From positions 62,001-126,000 of the forward strand of contig JAQGDQ010000136.1 of the NCBI GenBank assembly GCA_030141605.1: a stretch of DNA of 64,000 bases, in the 5' to 3' direction. The position numbers and the translations under genes were made by a program. The stretch comes from Tubiluchus corallicola (lineage: Eukaryota; Animalia; Priapulida). Each line of letters begins with the position of its first letter. Position 1 is the first letter of the stretch. The notes beneath the pieces were generated by a model. The model did no database searches, was not told the DNA's origin, and saw nothing but the letters and a program-made list of their open reading frames with translations. This document shows positions 28,201-41,672 of this stretch, in pieces.

Positions 28201-30529
28201 ACCTATTCTTTGAAGCTATTGATAAGCGAAAAAGGTCCTCATGTATCTTTTACTATAATATTCTTTGGCGGTGTAATTACTAATGTCTCTGTAGCCTGTC
28301 TGTCAAGAGATAAGCAGCGAGCACAGCAGAGATGGAAAATTAATCAAATGCTGAAGAAACCAAAACTATTTTGCGTACTCTGGACGGACCGAGTAGGCGA
28401 AGCCCCTCATGCGCGCATGCGCAGAACGCCAACGCAAGTCAGGTGGAAGACGAGTAAGGAAAAAGGCGCATAATTTCTGAGCTAGTCTGAACTTCTGTTG
28501 CTAGTCATTAGGTGCATGGTAGTCTAATGTGTTAATGCGCTGTCACTTGTATTTCAATGTGTATTTCAAGTAGCAAAACTAAACTATAAAAGCAATGCAA
28601 TAGTTAGTACAGTAAGAAGTCATAATTTTTATCAGTCTGTCTGTTCATTTGTCTGTCTCTAACCAGTCAAAAAGAAAACTGTTTACTGAATACTCGTATT
28701 ATAAAGAATGTAGCCATTATATCAAGTTAGGCATTGGTAGAGATATTGGTAGTGTCTAACTATTAATATTGAAAGGTGACCTAGTTTTGAGAATAGCCTG
28801 GCAGCGCTTTCAAAGCTAGTTTCTTTCGCCCTCATTAAACAGAGCGCATCATTTACTAGCGTTTTTTGTTAACATTCAGCTTCTTTCGTTGCGTTTCTTC
28901 AACGATAATTGACGTATGGGTATGATGGATATTACTGCAATACTTCTAGCCTGTTAGTCAAAGAATCAAGTCGTCCTATCTTTACGAATAATTGGTCTAT
29001 ATGAATTGCGTTAGTAATTTTGTTTCCGGTAATTATTCCAATTATTTGGAGGGAATCCTGCACTCACAGGAATGATATTGTTTCTGCGTATGTGTTTATA
29101 CATAGCTTCTGATGTTTCATCTTGTAGTTTTATAGTGCTGTGATTTGTTTTTTTCTTGTGTCAATGTTTATTCTGCAATAAAACTTCGATTCAATTATTC
29201 TGATAGTGGGAGGTTTCCTTTGTCAAACTATACAAAGCGTTAGAAGGCCACAGTCTACACTTTTTCATTATACGTGTGTGAGAGCTAAAAAGTCTTATAT
29301 TATATTATTTCGAAATCTGTGTAAGTTCTTAGGAAGACATATTAGGTACAGACAGCATTGGTCTATATTCTCGAAGTTATTTTTAATGACTAAGAATTGA
29401 AACAATTATTAACTAGCCCGGAAGGCAGAGCATTGGCTTACTCGCTTGTTGCTCGTTTTTTCTGCCTAACTGCCTGAGTCGCCATCTAGAACGCCCTTTA
29501 TATCGATGCCATAAAATCCGTTTTATCACAAAAAGGTAGAATGCAGAGTGTCATGACGTCACAACATAAAATTTGATGAAAAACTGATGACGTGAACAAC
29601 AGCGAAATCTAGACCGGCATCACGGCGAAATAGACCATTTTACAGACTTGACAAGTGAATAACGCCAAAATTCCAAAATAAAAGAATCAGGCTTGAAAAA
29701 CACTTGTAGTTCACGCTGTCTCCGATTTACGTTATGTACATAGCCTGTAATAAAATGTACATGTACATGAGTTTTAAGCCTTTATAGGGCGTTTTTATAA
29801 CCAGTATGCAAGACGTGGACCACCGCTCATAAGTCGCTTTCCATATTATCTGGGTCGCACCGTCTGAAAGGCGTACGTCCGAAATGTTAACGAACTATCG
29901 CCAATACGTAATACATTTATTCGTGTCAAAATAAAAATATAAAAGAACTAGCCCGGAATATGAAACATTTGGTTACTTTCTGTCGCACACGTACCCGCAC
30001 ACACGTAAATTTTATTTGCATGTAAAATAGCATTTGTAAAAACTACTATTTCTAGTAAAATGCCATGTTTTAATTGATGCCCTTTCATCGGTTCCTTTAA
30101 ATCATTAAATAATTTTTCTGCAATAGTGTTATCTTGTACTGTCACAAATTAAAATAATTAACCCACACCGCCCACTCCACACTGCCTACACCACCCCCAC
30201 CGTGCCACAAGACAACAACAACAACAACAGAAACATTTTGTTTAACGTGGAACTGCGTGAAATGACATACACTTATCCACAAACGATCAACAATGCGCGA
30301 ACATTCTATATAGTCTCTTTGCTTTTTGCTCCTGAATGACAGCAATAACAGGCGAACGTTCTACTTACTGCTTACCTCTCTCGAAATAATGGTAATATAT
30401 CTGTGTTGTTAACAGATTATAGATATGCGTTTGCGTTACCATGGAATCCAGATTTAAGTGAAAATTTAGGTACGTATTCTTTGCCTCAAAATGAGTAAAT
30501 GAGCAACGTGTTGTATTACCTAAACGACA

Positions 30530-31305
30530 ATATTGGAATCACGACGAAATTAACGGCTTTGTAGAATTATTCGCAAGCAGTAACTAAAAATGGAAGTTAA
30601 GAAAGAGTTAACATCATTTAATTGCGCATCAACTTTACCATTGCAATATTTTACGCCATTGTTATCGCGGTCTATTTCGATGGCATAATAGTTTTTGTTC
30701 TGCAAGTTACAAGTTACAACTCACAAACAGCAAAAAGGTAAATGGAAAGATCAGTGAGCCGACTCAACTACATATGACCTGTAAAACTAATTTAAAAAAA
30801 GTAAACAATTATTACAGCATCGCATGCATACATAACAAGTGTGTGCATTTTCTAAAAGCAAATATTGACGAAATGGTTACTTCGTAACTTATCAATTATG
30901 ACTAATTGTAACAGTTATCATTTTTGTCAACAAAGCAAAACAAACAAAGAAGTCACATGGCCTCATCACAATTAATTCTGCATAAATTAGCTGGTAGAAA
31001 ACATATAGAAGAATAATTACTCATACAAATATAAAACATATCGTAAGTAACTTCCACGTGGTTAATAAATTAACTTGGAGTCACGAACAGGTACTATTGC
31101 TGGTGAAATTGGAAGAATATAAAGAGTTAACATATACTTTAATTCTGTGCTAACTTTACCAATGCATTACTTTACGCCATCGTTATTGTGGTCTACTAAC
31201 GTACGTTTTGTTTCTTCTACAAGTTACAACTTACAAAAGGCACAACTATAAATTGGCAAAGGTCAATGCAGCCTGATTCAGTAACCTGTAGAAGTATTTC
31301 AAAAA
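30530..31305. repeat. Diverged direct duplication (~520 bp spacing)
   Basis: The anchors aaagagttaacat, aactttacca, tttacgccat, caagttacaact and acctgta recur colinearly at ~30590-30800 and ~31107-31305. Confidence 0.75.
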
Positions 31306-34300
31306 TTACGAAAAATTTCTCATAGTAATAGTTAGAGGTGCTATTGCTGGTCTTGTTATTGTTGTTATTGTTACTGTTGCTGATGTTAGGCTATTATAGG
31401 CACTTTTAGTAATCCATTTTACTAATTTTTTGTAAATAGGATAATGGTGATGATGATGCTGATAATAATGACAACGATGACAACGGCGGCAGCGTCGAGT
31501 ATAACAAGACTTTATTACATGTAAAATAAAATCATCGGTAATGAGCGACATTTTGTTTTCTTTGCCATAGCTCGCCGGGTTAGTTGTACTCGCCTTACAC
31601 CCTGGATGCATGTACGTACACCTTAACTAGTACTGCATTTTAGTAAACAAACTAATCATTCCAGCGAACACCTTTCCTTGATCTTTGCAGCTTATAAGTT
31701 GAAAATTTATTCGTCGAGTGGTCAAGACAGTTCTTGTCCAGATGTTCAGTGAATGCCTCTGCTAGCAGGTCGGCTCTAGCTGCTGTTACAACCATTACTG
31801 TCTGTTACTGTTGCTGCAGTTGGTTTACTTTGCTTGATCGTCATTATCAATTTGCTTAGAAAGTGAAAATTGCGCGTTCTATGTTTCAAGACTTCTATAT
31901 CCAGCAGTCTCATAAAATAATAACGCGCGTTTTCCCTTTGTAAATTACTTGTACCCTACATCCTTACGGGTTACATTTTCAGTAAGCCACGTGCTTCTTT
32001 TTTGGAATTGAAAAAATAAAAAACGATCGAATTACTCTATTAGACACATCCACATTGTTCTGTAGTTTTGAGTTTGGCTCAACAACTTTTGTTAGTTTCC
32101 CTATGAAAACGGTTTTTTATTTAGAGCATTATCAAGTGAATACATAGCAATTTTTTGTGTCACGTTACTGCAAACACTGCTACATTTAAAAGCCAGATTC
32201 AGATTCAGAAGGAAGATCGTGTTCAATTCAGGTATTTGCACCGAGAACGTTTGTTATCTAATTATAAACGATAACGCGAGACACTGCACTAGAAAAAGTG
32301 TCTTTTAGGTAAGAGGCATATCCGGATACTTCAACATGGTAAATAGCTGCGCCCACTGTATCAATTGGAACCGAGCAAGAGCACTTTTTCTGGCAGACAC
32401 AACCAATTTCTGACGAGGCTAAGTGTTATTTAAGTTAAGTCACTAGGCAAACCCAGATATCTTCGCGTTTGGATATTGTTTGAGAGAAATAGACGAAACA
32501 TTTTGCTATCTGATGAGATGAGACGAGACGAGACGGGAAAAGACGAGATGAGACACTTTATTTGTTGTCGATGTTTAAAACATTAGCCAAAGTTGCTATA
32601 ATCGACACAAACAGTGTAAAATCATACTTTTAAAATACACAATTAAATAAAAACTGTAATGACTCGAAAGCGAAAAAGTGACACCAATATATTTAATGTG
32701 CTATTGAGAAATAACCGTAATATTAGCTGTAATTCAGTGACATAATTATATGCACAATGAAAACATTTACAAATTTCGCCATACTAAGATATAATTAAGT
32801 TGTTAAACGACCTTAAACTGGTAGCCTTGTTTATCTATCTGACTACTTATTTATTTATCTCACTACATCAAAATGAAATCGCTATATAACACACAAACAG
32901 AAGTTTCCTAGTCGCGACTAGGGTGTGATTAAGCAGAACATTAGATTGGATACAAATATTCCGCGTGCCTAGACCCCACTTAAGACAACGAAACTGTCAT
33001 AAGTGTGATACATGAATCCGAGCCCAGCGTTCCACTTTCCAGCGATCTCGACCTTCATCTGCCATGAATCTGTCAGGAAAAGGCGCTGGTGACAATCAGT
33101 GTTCACGATGACTGCTTATTGAGTTAGGGAACAGGAGCTAATAGCACTAAATTGGGTAAACATTTGGATGACTAGCATTCCGTCCAACTTAATCATACTC
33201 TAGCAATACTCAGGTCGGTTGTGGAGCAGCTATTACATTCACGCATACTCAGAACAATGTAAAAGTGCAGATTATTTTAACTAGACTAACAACGGTAACA
33301 ACATCAGAACAGGAACAATAACAGCAAAGTGACCGCAACAACAATAACAAACAGTATTAGAAATAGCAGCAGCAGCAGCGACAGCAATAGTAACAGTAAC
33401 GACATATTACAAACACCAATAGCATTAGTATTATTTAGATTCATTGTGTAGTGCATCTCCAAGAAAGTCTTGGAAACCTATGCATCATTTCAGTGTGCTT
33501 TCTTGCTGCATCTTTATTAATAAAATTTAACAGTGAAACCACCCGAAATTTCCTACTGTGTATGGAAACTAGTTTTTTTTTGTAAAAAAATGTACAACAA
33601 AAATGTATAATTTTTGAACAAGAAATAAAAATATAATTTGCGAATAATCACACAACCGTACAACATAAATGCACCGAGGTTGATAGATAGCTTTTATTTA
33701 GTTCTCAAACCGATCGACACTTTTTATAAACTAAAATATCGGGATCTGCGCAATTTCGAATGCATCAGTTTTTAGTTATGGAAACAAGTCCTCTAGCATT
33801 TAAAATGAGCGCCAGACAGCGCTTTACAAAGCAATCTTATTAGTAGCTTTCTGTTTTGCCCTTGGCTTTGTAATTAGTTTGGCGGAGAACTTATCAATAA
33901 TAGCAAAGCTTTGTGATAACCCCTCGGGAGAAGAAACACAAAAGAAAAAGATTAAATTTTGAGAGAATCCGATAAACTATTAAACTGGATGGCACAATTT
34001 GTATGTTGCACATTCAGTTATATTACATAAGCTGCGATGAAAGATAAACCGAGTAAAGTCAAGAATTAACAGTAACTATAAGTAATTATCAACACCATAA
34101 GGTATGTATTATATAACAAACAATTAGAAATTTTTGTAGTTAAAAACAAAGGGATGCGTTACGAAATAATCTTATTCAACTCCATTATCAATTAGTCCAT
34201 ACATATTTTACGAGCAGTCATTTTACAAAAACGTTTCAGTAATGCAGCAACTCGCTACGTTATAGCAATACTTGATAACATTTTTAAGCTGTTGGTCTTT

Positions 34301-34710
34301 TTTTAAATGACCATAAAAAAACAGATTAACGTCTGTGATTAAATGTTTTTTCATATTTGTATAACATGCTCAAAATAGGCTAGAGACATCAAGTAGGAAA
34401 ATGAAATTTTTAGTTAAATTACAGTACCCTCACATGCTAAAAAATTATTCAAAAAAGTTTTGCAAGAGACGCCTTCTGTGTGCCATAAAACTAATCTTGT
34501 GATTATTTGTTTTTTTGGTTAAACAAGAAACTTGTTTGACTTAGAAATTTTGACCTGTTCAATCTTGGATTTCTTTTCCCTGCATTGTAAACTACAGTGT
34601 TCGTATAACTGTTTGCTGAAATACTGTACATTAAGAAAGCTTCATCCGCAAATTTAATCATCATTTTTCTGCAGACCGATGTCAAATAAGTAAAGCTACA
34701 TTCACAACGT

Positions 34711-34884
34711 CACTACAAGTCCAAATACGGTGTGCAAACCTTTTCATTAACTTTTTTCATTTATTATTGACAAAACATATTTGAAGACATCACATTCACT
34801 ACAAGTCCAAATACGGTGTGCAAACTTTTTCATTAACTTTTTTCATTTATTATTGACAAAACATATTTGAAGACATCACATTCA
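34711..34884. repeat. Near-perfect 86-bp tandem duplication
   Basis: cactacaagtccaaatacgg...gaagacatcacatt starts at 34711 and again at 34797; one C/T difference. Confidence 0.95.
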
Positions 34885-36162
34885 ATCTAATAAATCATAA
34901 CTTCCTCATAAAAGTTTATATACAAACTCAAATTTATAAATAGCAAACACAATTTACAGGCAACAGTATGTACACTATCATCAACAATATTAATAATTAT
35001 GACTGCCATTGCTACCAATGTACAAACTGTACATTTTACTTGTGGCTTTCTTCAATAAATAAAAACATTATTATAAAAACATGACAGAGGTATTAGAGAA
35101 CATATAGCACAAACACGTAACAGCTGAAGTGATTTATAATAATTAGACTACTTAATAGAATAAATTTGGACCAAGGATAAGTTCTGAATAACTTGAAAAA
35201 TTAATTTTTGTTCTTATTCTAACAAGCCAGTCATCATTTTTTAAGATAACATAGCAACAGGTAATCAATATATATACCGACAATTTTCAAAATTTCTAAA
35301 CAGTACAGTACACGGCACACTTCAAAATTTCCTGTTTGCTTGCAATTTGGATTAAAAACCCATCTTAATGTATTTGTACAATATATGCACATATCATAAA
35401 TATAACTCTTGTACTTTTGTTCTATACAATCACTGCATCAATGCAAATTGAAAGATCCAAAAGACAGCCTAAGAAATAGTGTTACCCTTAAGAAAGTCTG
35501 GATATCATCGCCTGAAATTTTTGAGTATTTCATATGTCTAAAAGCTACAGAAACTACTTGCACTATCTCACACTTTAAAAGTAGCAACTGTAAAATTGAC
35601 ATTAGCTTTCTATGCCTTTTTCTGTCACAGTACAACTAAAACAATATCACACCCACTATTATCACTTCAGTAAGATATGCGAGACTGATGGCCCAATAGG
35701 GTTCTACTATACATTTAACACCAGAACTTGTTTACTTCTTTCTGTTGAGTTAACTTCAGTGCCCAGAGGAAGTTTATAGCTGGTGCATGGAAGTCTTTAG
35801 GTTGTAGCTACGAAAAATTTGTTAAAGTTGCAAAAACATTGTTGCTACGACAACGGATTGTATTCGAAAGAGGAACTAAAACATAACAGCACAGACAAAA
35901 TGTTTCGACTAACAGGGTAGTAACTGCAGCTTTTACTAAATGCAATATAATTTAACAGTCCTTGTGGCTTTAAACTTGACTAGAAAATCACACCTAATTC
36001 TAAGCAACCGGCAAGCGGAATGCAATATTTTCAATAGTATGCCCTATGTAGCATTCTGATATAACAATGCTTCCTAATGCACAGTGATATCAGTGGCATG
36101 GAGCTGTGTGCGTATCCCTGGAAATGGAAACCCATAGATGACAATCTTGCTTGTTGAAATCA

Positions 36163-38938
36163 TCAGCAAACATCACTGTAAATAACCACAGGCACCTCCA
36201 CGTGAATTCTGGGATAGCGGTATTTTACCTCACCCTATAAAATGCATCAAAAACAAACACAATTTTAGATGATATGATAAGGTTTATGGCCTAAAGTATG
36301 AGAAAATAAGCTATGCAATTCTCACTAAACTTACATGCAGTTTAGCGTATAGCTAAATGATCAAAAAACTTTATCTACAGGTCTAAAAATATGAAAAAGT
36401 TGTATAAGAAAGTTGAAAGCCCTCCAGCTCAAGATGTCACTGACTTCTACAAAGATGGACTCCATACACTCAATTACATCTGGATTAAGGGTGTATATGT
36501 ACAAGAAAATTGTACTTCAAATGTGACGTGTTAAGTTGCCAAAGTTCAGTTCACTCCTTATAAATCCAATGAACTTTGACAACAACTCCCATAATATGTA
36601 ATATAATTATAGCAACATAGGACTATAAACATAACCGAAACTCCCAAGTTTGACAAAGACTAATAAAAGGAGAAGGCGAGGTTATTCAGCTGATTCGTCA
36701 TATATGATAAATATTCAATCAGCACAAGGCCTGCTTATTAAACGGGTAGTTGACCATCTTGAAAAACTGGTCCACAATTCAAGGATATCTTCAGCTGGCT
36801 CTGATCTTACTGTAATCTGCAACGTTAGTGTTAGGTTCAGTTACTATGTGCTTGGTTGCTACTTGCAGCCAGCTAAACTGTATAATATAATGTAATGTAA
36901 TATAATATATAAAAAAGAGAAAAACAACAGAATTTAGCTGAATTCACTGACTGGGGTCCAGGTCTCACACATTATAACTTGTTGCTTTATATGCTGTTAA
37001 TCATTTACCTCGGGTTTAAGATTTTCATGAATGCGTCTCATAAATGGCCGCTTTCGTTTTCCTTTAGGTACAACTTCAATATAAAATTCATGAGCCAGGT
37101 CACCATCTTCATCATAATATCTTGTCCTGAAACAAAATAAATATTTACAACCTTCTTCCATTTTTTGCCATGACAATCACCAAACATTATAAATAGGATA
37201 ATATAGTCCCTACTAGTGTTTTTGTATTAAGGCAAAACATTCTTAAAATCTTAATCTGTTTTACTGTGTCTTTTGTAAAATATTAACTGGTCAGCAAATT
37301 TATGTTGTACCAAGAAACTCATTTAAAAAAACACAAAAAACTGCGGGAAATAACAAAAGTGATACTTACAGCTTCTGGTTGTTTTCCAGAAGCTATTTGC
37401 AGATGTTTTCAAAACTTATTAAGCTAACATAATTTTGAAATAGATACACAACATGGTTTTTGTGCCAAGACCAAATAATGGAGTTAACATTCATTTAGCT
37501 ACGAGAGATTCATTATAATTTATGTAGTGCTCTCAAACAGCTCTAAAAGTGCGAAACACGTAAACCTTAAAAGCTTGTTTTGTGGAGTTTTGTAGACGCC
37601 ATGGACTGTAGTGCAGTAGGCTGTTGTAAGATAGTATGCCAAATATTAATATTTTGAGTTATAGTTTAACATTGGGTACAGTTTTCCTTTAAGTTAGTTT
37701 ACAATTTCAATCATTTTCTTGACTACTTCTTCGACAATGCACAGCATTCTTAGACCCCTTAGTATTGCAGAGCAGCTGTACATAGAGTGTCGTAAAATTT
37801 GGTTAAAGTTGCATTGATGATTCAGAACGACTGATTTTACATATGCAATTTAAAATGTACCCCGGGGGGGAGTAAACCTCTACCGGGCGCATCCCCCGGG
37901 TGGCGGATGGGGGACCCCTGGCTCACGAGCCAGGGTGCTCCGAATATTCAAATAAGGAGCTGTGGACCAAATCCTTCAGGATAGACCTAGCAAGTCACTG
38001 AAGTACTTTTTGCTCAAGTAACTCATGGCGAACACAACTGAAACAACGGCCCCCAGTCCCCGGGAGGAGAGGAATCCGACTGGTGGATGTGGAGGAGGAG
38101 AAGACGTATGAAGACAGAGACACCTGGAGAGACGTTATCAAGTGTTCGCCGGCTGACAGATGAAACTCTACCAGGAGGATGGTGAGAAAGTTTCATTCTG
38201 TACAAACCATTGAAAGCTGCCAAAAGTACCTAAAATACAGTTCGAAAGCATAAAATTTTTGTTTATTTATACAGCCAATTGATATTAAACCCAAAACAGC
38301 CAACTTAGCATATTTCACCACTACACTACAATGCAGTGTAGCAGTTTTTTGTATTGTAGCAAGCAGGATGAAGCGTCAGTACATAAATTTTAATAAATGT
38401 TTGACTTTTTGCATCGTTGAGTCACTGACTCATTCAATAGTGACTCTAGTATGGCTCTCCCCTCCAACAGGCTATCCCAAGCGTAACAGGGTAAACACGG
38501 TCACAAGATGGTCACCCTACAATAAGTAAGCAAGCTTTTTTGTAGTTTAGGTAGCTCCCTCAGATTTATACTGAATCACTGCCCAAGGTGTTCACAACTA
38601 CTTGGTAACTACTAATAGTATATTTCCAGTCGTGATTATTTTTAGGTACTGCTACTGTGTAGGTTTCTAGGTGAGAATGCATCATACGCCATTGCAAAAA
38701 TCCCCTAAATTACAATTACAGTGCTTGTGATTTAGAACAACTATTATCTCAAATTAAAACTAATACATCAGACAATATCAAGCTTCGACTTTTTTGCCTA
38801 CCCCATAAATGTGTAAACAAAAGGTGATACAGCCATTTTCATCTTTTCCGTAGACTCGTTTACCGTTTCACCAGCACCGTTATTTCGTCCATATGGGTAA
38901 AATATTTTGTGAAGCATGCGTGTTCCACTATTACCCAT
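36163..38938 (-). CDS. TUSC2: Tumor suppressor candidate 2 (Fus1) homolog, 108 aa; exons 38802-38938, 37009-37126, 36163-36234
   Basis: Spliced translation: MGNSGTRMLHKIFYPYGRNNGAGETVNESTEKMKMAVSPFVYTFMG/TRYYDEDGDLAHEFYIEVVPKGKRKRPFMRRIHENLKPE/GEVKYRYPRIHVEVPVVIYSDVC*. It contains the TUSC2 hallmarks PFV, YDEDGDLAHEFY and PRIHV, plus an MGxxxT myristoylation motif. Introns are GT-AG with consistent phases (2, 0). The ORF track misses it. Confidence 0.95.
37860..38200 (+). mobile_element. Internally deleted (bipartite) RTE-type non-LTR element in TUSC2 intron 1
   Basis: A GC-rich structured 5' part (ggcgcatcccccgggtggcggatggggga...cgaatattcaaataaggagctgtggac) resembles RTE 5'UTRs. It is joined to an RTE-like C-terminus, EDRDTWRDVIKCSPADR* (~38110-38163). 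No TSD identified. Confidence 0.55.
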
Positions 38939-40125
38939 TTTTGGATTCTTATTAAAGTAACTTTAGATTCTAGCGGACCCTGTCAACGTTATCCAAACTT
39001 TCAGAAGCTGCCATTTTCAGCTTATCGCAATGCAGTGAGTGCACACCAACCCGACGCACCGCATTCTTATTCGTCTCCTTTATTTTTCCCTTTTTCTGTA
39101 CTCTTCTTAACCCACTACTACTATATTATGTCGAATGAAACCTGAATAAAAAGCTAACAATCTGACATGGTGTGCTGGAATCTGAACTTTGATAAAAAAT
39201 ATTCATCAGCAATGTTACTGAGTTACTTACGGTTTTATAATCATAGTAAATTCTGCAGCTTTTGCTACTTATCAAAATTATTATGATTTTTATTAGTAGC
39301 CAAAGATAATTTTGTGTTAATTACAGTAAAAGGAACAAATGTAAGCAATAATTACTACAACAACTAGGCACAGTTATACCCAATTTATGAACAAAACTGA
39401 GCTATCAAAAAGTATAATAGTCAACATAATAATTGCATGTGAGTTTACCAAATAAAATAACCTAGTTTTAAAACAGTCTCAGTATAACTACTGCATACCA
39501 TGCACAAAAGCATTGTTAGGAAAAAAACCCTGACAAGAAAATAATGATTTCTGTCTTTTTCATGTTTAGCCAGCTATATGTTTCGGTTATGGGAAGAGAA
39601 CTTTATCTAACAGTGGCAATCTAGTTTTTACAAAATAGTGGCTAACTAAGTTTTTTTTGGTTGGGCCTTATACCACTCGTTTTGAGCTGGCGAATGTCTC
39701 CCAGTTGCTTGTCTTATTAGTTCTGTTTGAGGATGTCGATTTCGAATCGATGCCTCTCGCCTTCTTTTCCTCTTCTTCTGATAGCACTGGTTCAAACCGT
39801 CCAGGAGTGATTGCTAAGACCCGGGCGGTAAGAACCCGACGGCAGAACAGTATATACACTCTCTATAATTTGTTCTGTGAAACAGAATGTACGTACTACT
39901 TTCCCTGAGTATGTACTGCTTTCACATTTTATACTTTCTGGCAAATAGCTTTTATTTAAATATTTTTGTTTTAAATAGAGATTACGTATTAAATAAATAA
40001 AGTTAATAAGATTGTTGAAACAGAGTCAGTAAATAAATTCCGTAAAATTGACATTGATCAAAGTAACTGGTCTGAATGACGCGATTTTCAACTTCATCCT
40101 TCATAGGTGTGGTTTGGTTTGCCTG

Positions 40126-40210
40126 TCAGTTACATTTTCTCTGAAATCTGCCTTCAGACAGGTAAACGCAGAAGTTCAGATGAATTTTTATTCATTTGTT
40201 TTGATTTAAG
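40126..40210 (+). promoter_or_regulatory. Candidate RhoA transcription start / non-coding first exon
   Basis: Initiator-like TCAGTT at ~40126 and donor-like AAG|GTAAAC at 40210/40211, in a CpG-retaining region between the divergent TUSC2 and RhoA genes. A strong acceptor (tttttcag, ending 43489) lies 34 nt before the RhoA ATG, which implies an upstream UTR exon. Confidence 0.35.
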
Positions 40211-40519
40211 GTAAACATTATCCGTGTTTCTTTTTTAAATTTGCTGCATTTATTTTCATTTTGCAAATTATCTGTTGTTACAGGCCTAGTACGGGTTATG
40301 GTTTACTAATTCACAGTATCTAACAAACAGATCAGCCTACTTGAGACTCCCAGGGCCAGTTTTATGAACGATCTTACGGTTGTTGTTTTACTAACACTCG
40401 GTATCATCATCGTTCTTAAGTGAAGTGTTGATTAAGTGTAATAATATTTTTTAAATGTAAAAAGTTTACGAAGCATTTTGCAAAAGTTAGTAAGTAAACT
40501 CGAGAAAACTCAAGACAGA

Positions 40520-40790
40520 TATGTATGAGGCAGTCCTTGATGCAGATCCAGCGGTGATGTCCACTTTGGAACAACGCCGATGCACTGCTGATCTTGTCAA
40601 TTGTTATAAAATTATGACTTTCAGTTTTACAAAAACAAGATTTCTTCTCAAGACCAGGCAGAGAACTACGATGCCATGATTCCAAACTCTTCATTGAATA
40701 TAGCCGTTCTCATTTTTTGTGGCCCTTCCATGGAACTCACTCTCAGCTGATACTGTTAATGCACCATCTGTCGATAAATTTAGGTCCTGA
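40520..40790 (+). mobile_element. CR1-clade LINE 3' remnant, probably in the RhoA 5'UTR intron
   Basis: Frameshifted segments TLEQRRCTADLVNCYKIM, LRCHDSKLFIEYSR and WNSLSADTVNAPSVDKF match, in order, the CR1 C-terminal motifs TLExRRxRADLIxxYKI, TRGHxxKL and WNSLPxxVVxAPSVNxFK. Confidence 0.75.
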
Positions 40791-41494
40791 TGTCATTGTA
40801 AAGAAGATTGTAAAGCGAATAAAGATATTTACCACTTTCTAGCTTCAATAAAGTTCTTCATAAAGCTTTTCTTACACGTAACAAATTATTATTACACTTA
40901 ATCAACATTTGACTTAAGAACGATAGTAATGCAACATATCTTCAGTGCTGACAGCTTTGAGCATGACTGTGAAGCTTTAAATCTCCATATACATTTAATT
41001 TGAACAATCTCGAGCTTAATTTTATAAATCATGACATATAGACAACAGTACATGTAGACATGTAGAACAATTTGTTCATTTTATTGTCCTTAACCATTTG
41101 TAAACATTGTTCAACTATTTTGATTAAGATTTATTTCTTATTTTTGAGTGCAAGTACTACTACTACATATAGAAATTCCAAGGTTCTAGTTCTCGTTTAA
41201 CCGTTATGTAATACAAGTTCTTGTAGGCCATATGCAACCTAAAATTTTTAACTTGCAAGCAAAACAGTAGTGCATAATTGACATACTACTTACTTACCAA
41301 AATCAAATGTCACATTCATACATAACTGACAACATTAGCTTAATTTACTAATTTTTGCTGCAGCAGCAAACAGCTCGCCAAAACTTATTTTACTGTTGCT
41401 GTAATATTTAGACAATTGACTTTCATGAAGGACCAAAACCGACTTACAGTAAATTTACAATTTCCTCACAGCTGGTAATGATAAAACGCAAGTA

Positions 41495-41672
41495 CAGTCA
41501 AACCTCTCTATACCGCCAACTTTGGGACTGCAAAAAAATTGGCGTTGTATCAAGGTGCATTAATACATACACATCTATGCAAATATAGACATTTTGTTTT
41601 GTGAAAATTTAGGCGCTGAGCAAGGTTGACATTATAAAGGGAGGGGGAAGGTAATACAATGAGGTTTGACTG
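41495..41672. mobile_element. Tc1/mariner-pogo-type MITE, 178 bp
   Basis: Perfect 12-bp TIR cagtcaaacctc / gaggtttgactg, flanked by TA on both sides. Confidence 0.85.

Noticed and set aside
29583-29890. Hammerhead-like strings (ctgatga...cgaaa at ~29584; ctgaaagg...ccgaaa at ~29864; also ctgatgag at 2076)
   Set aside because: Stem II closing pair or the CUGANGA core is missing, and I found no stems I/III with a cleavage triplet.
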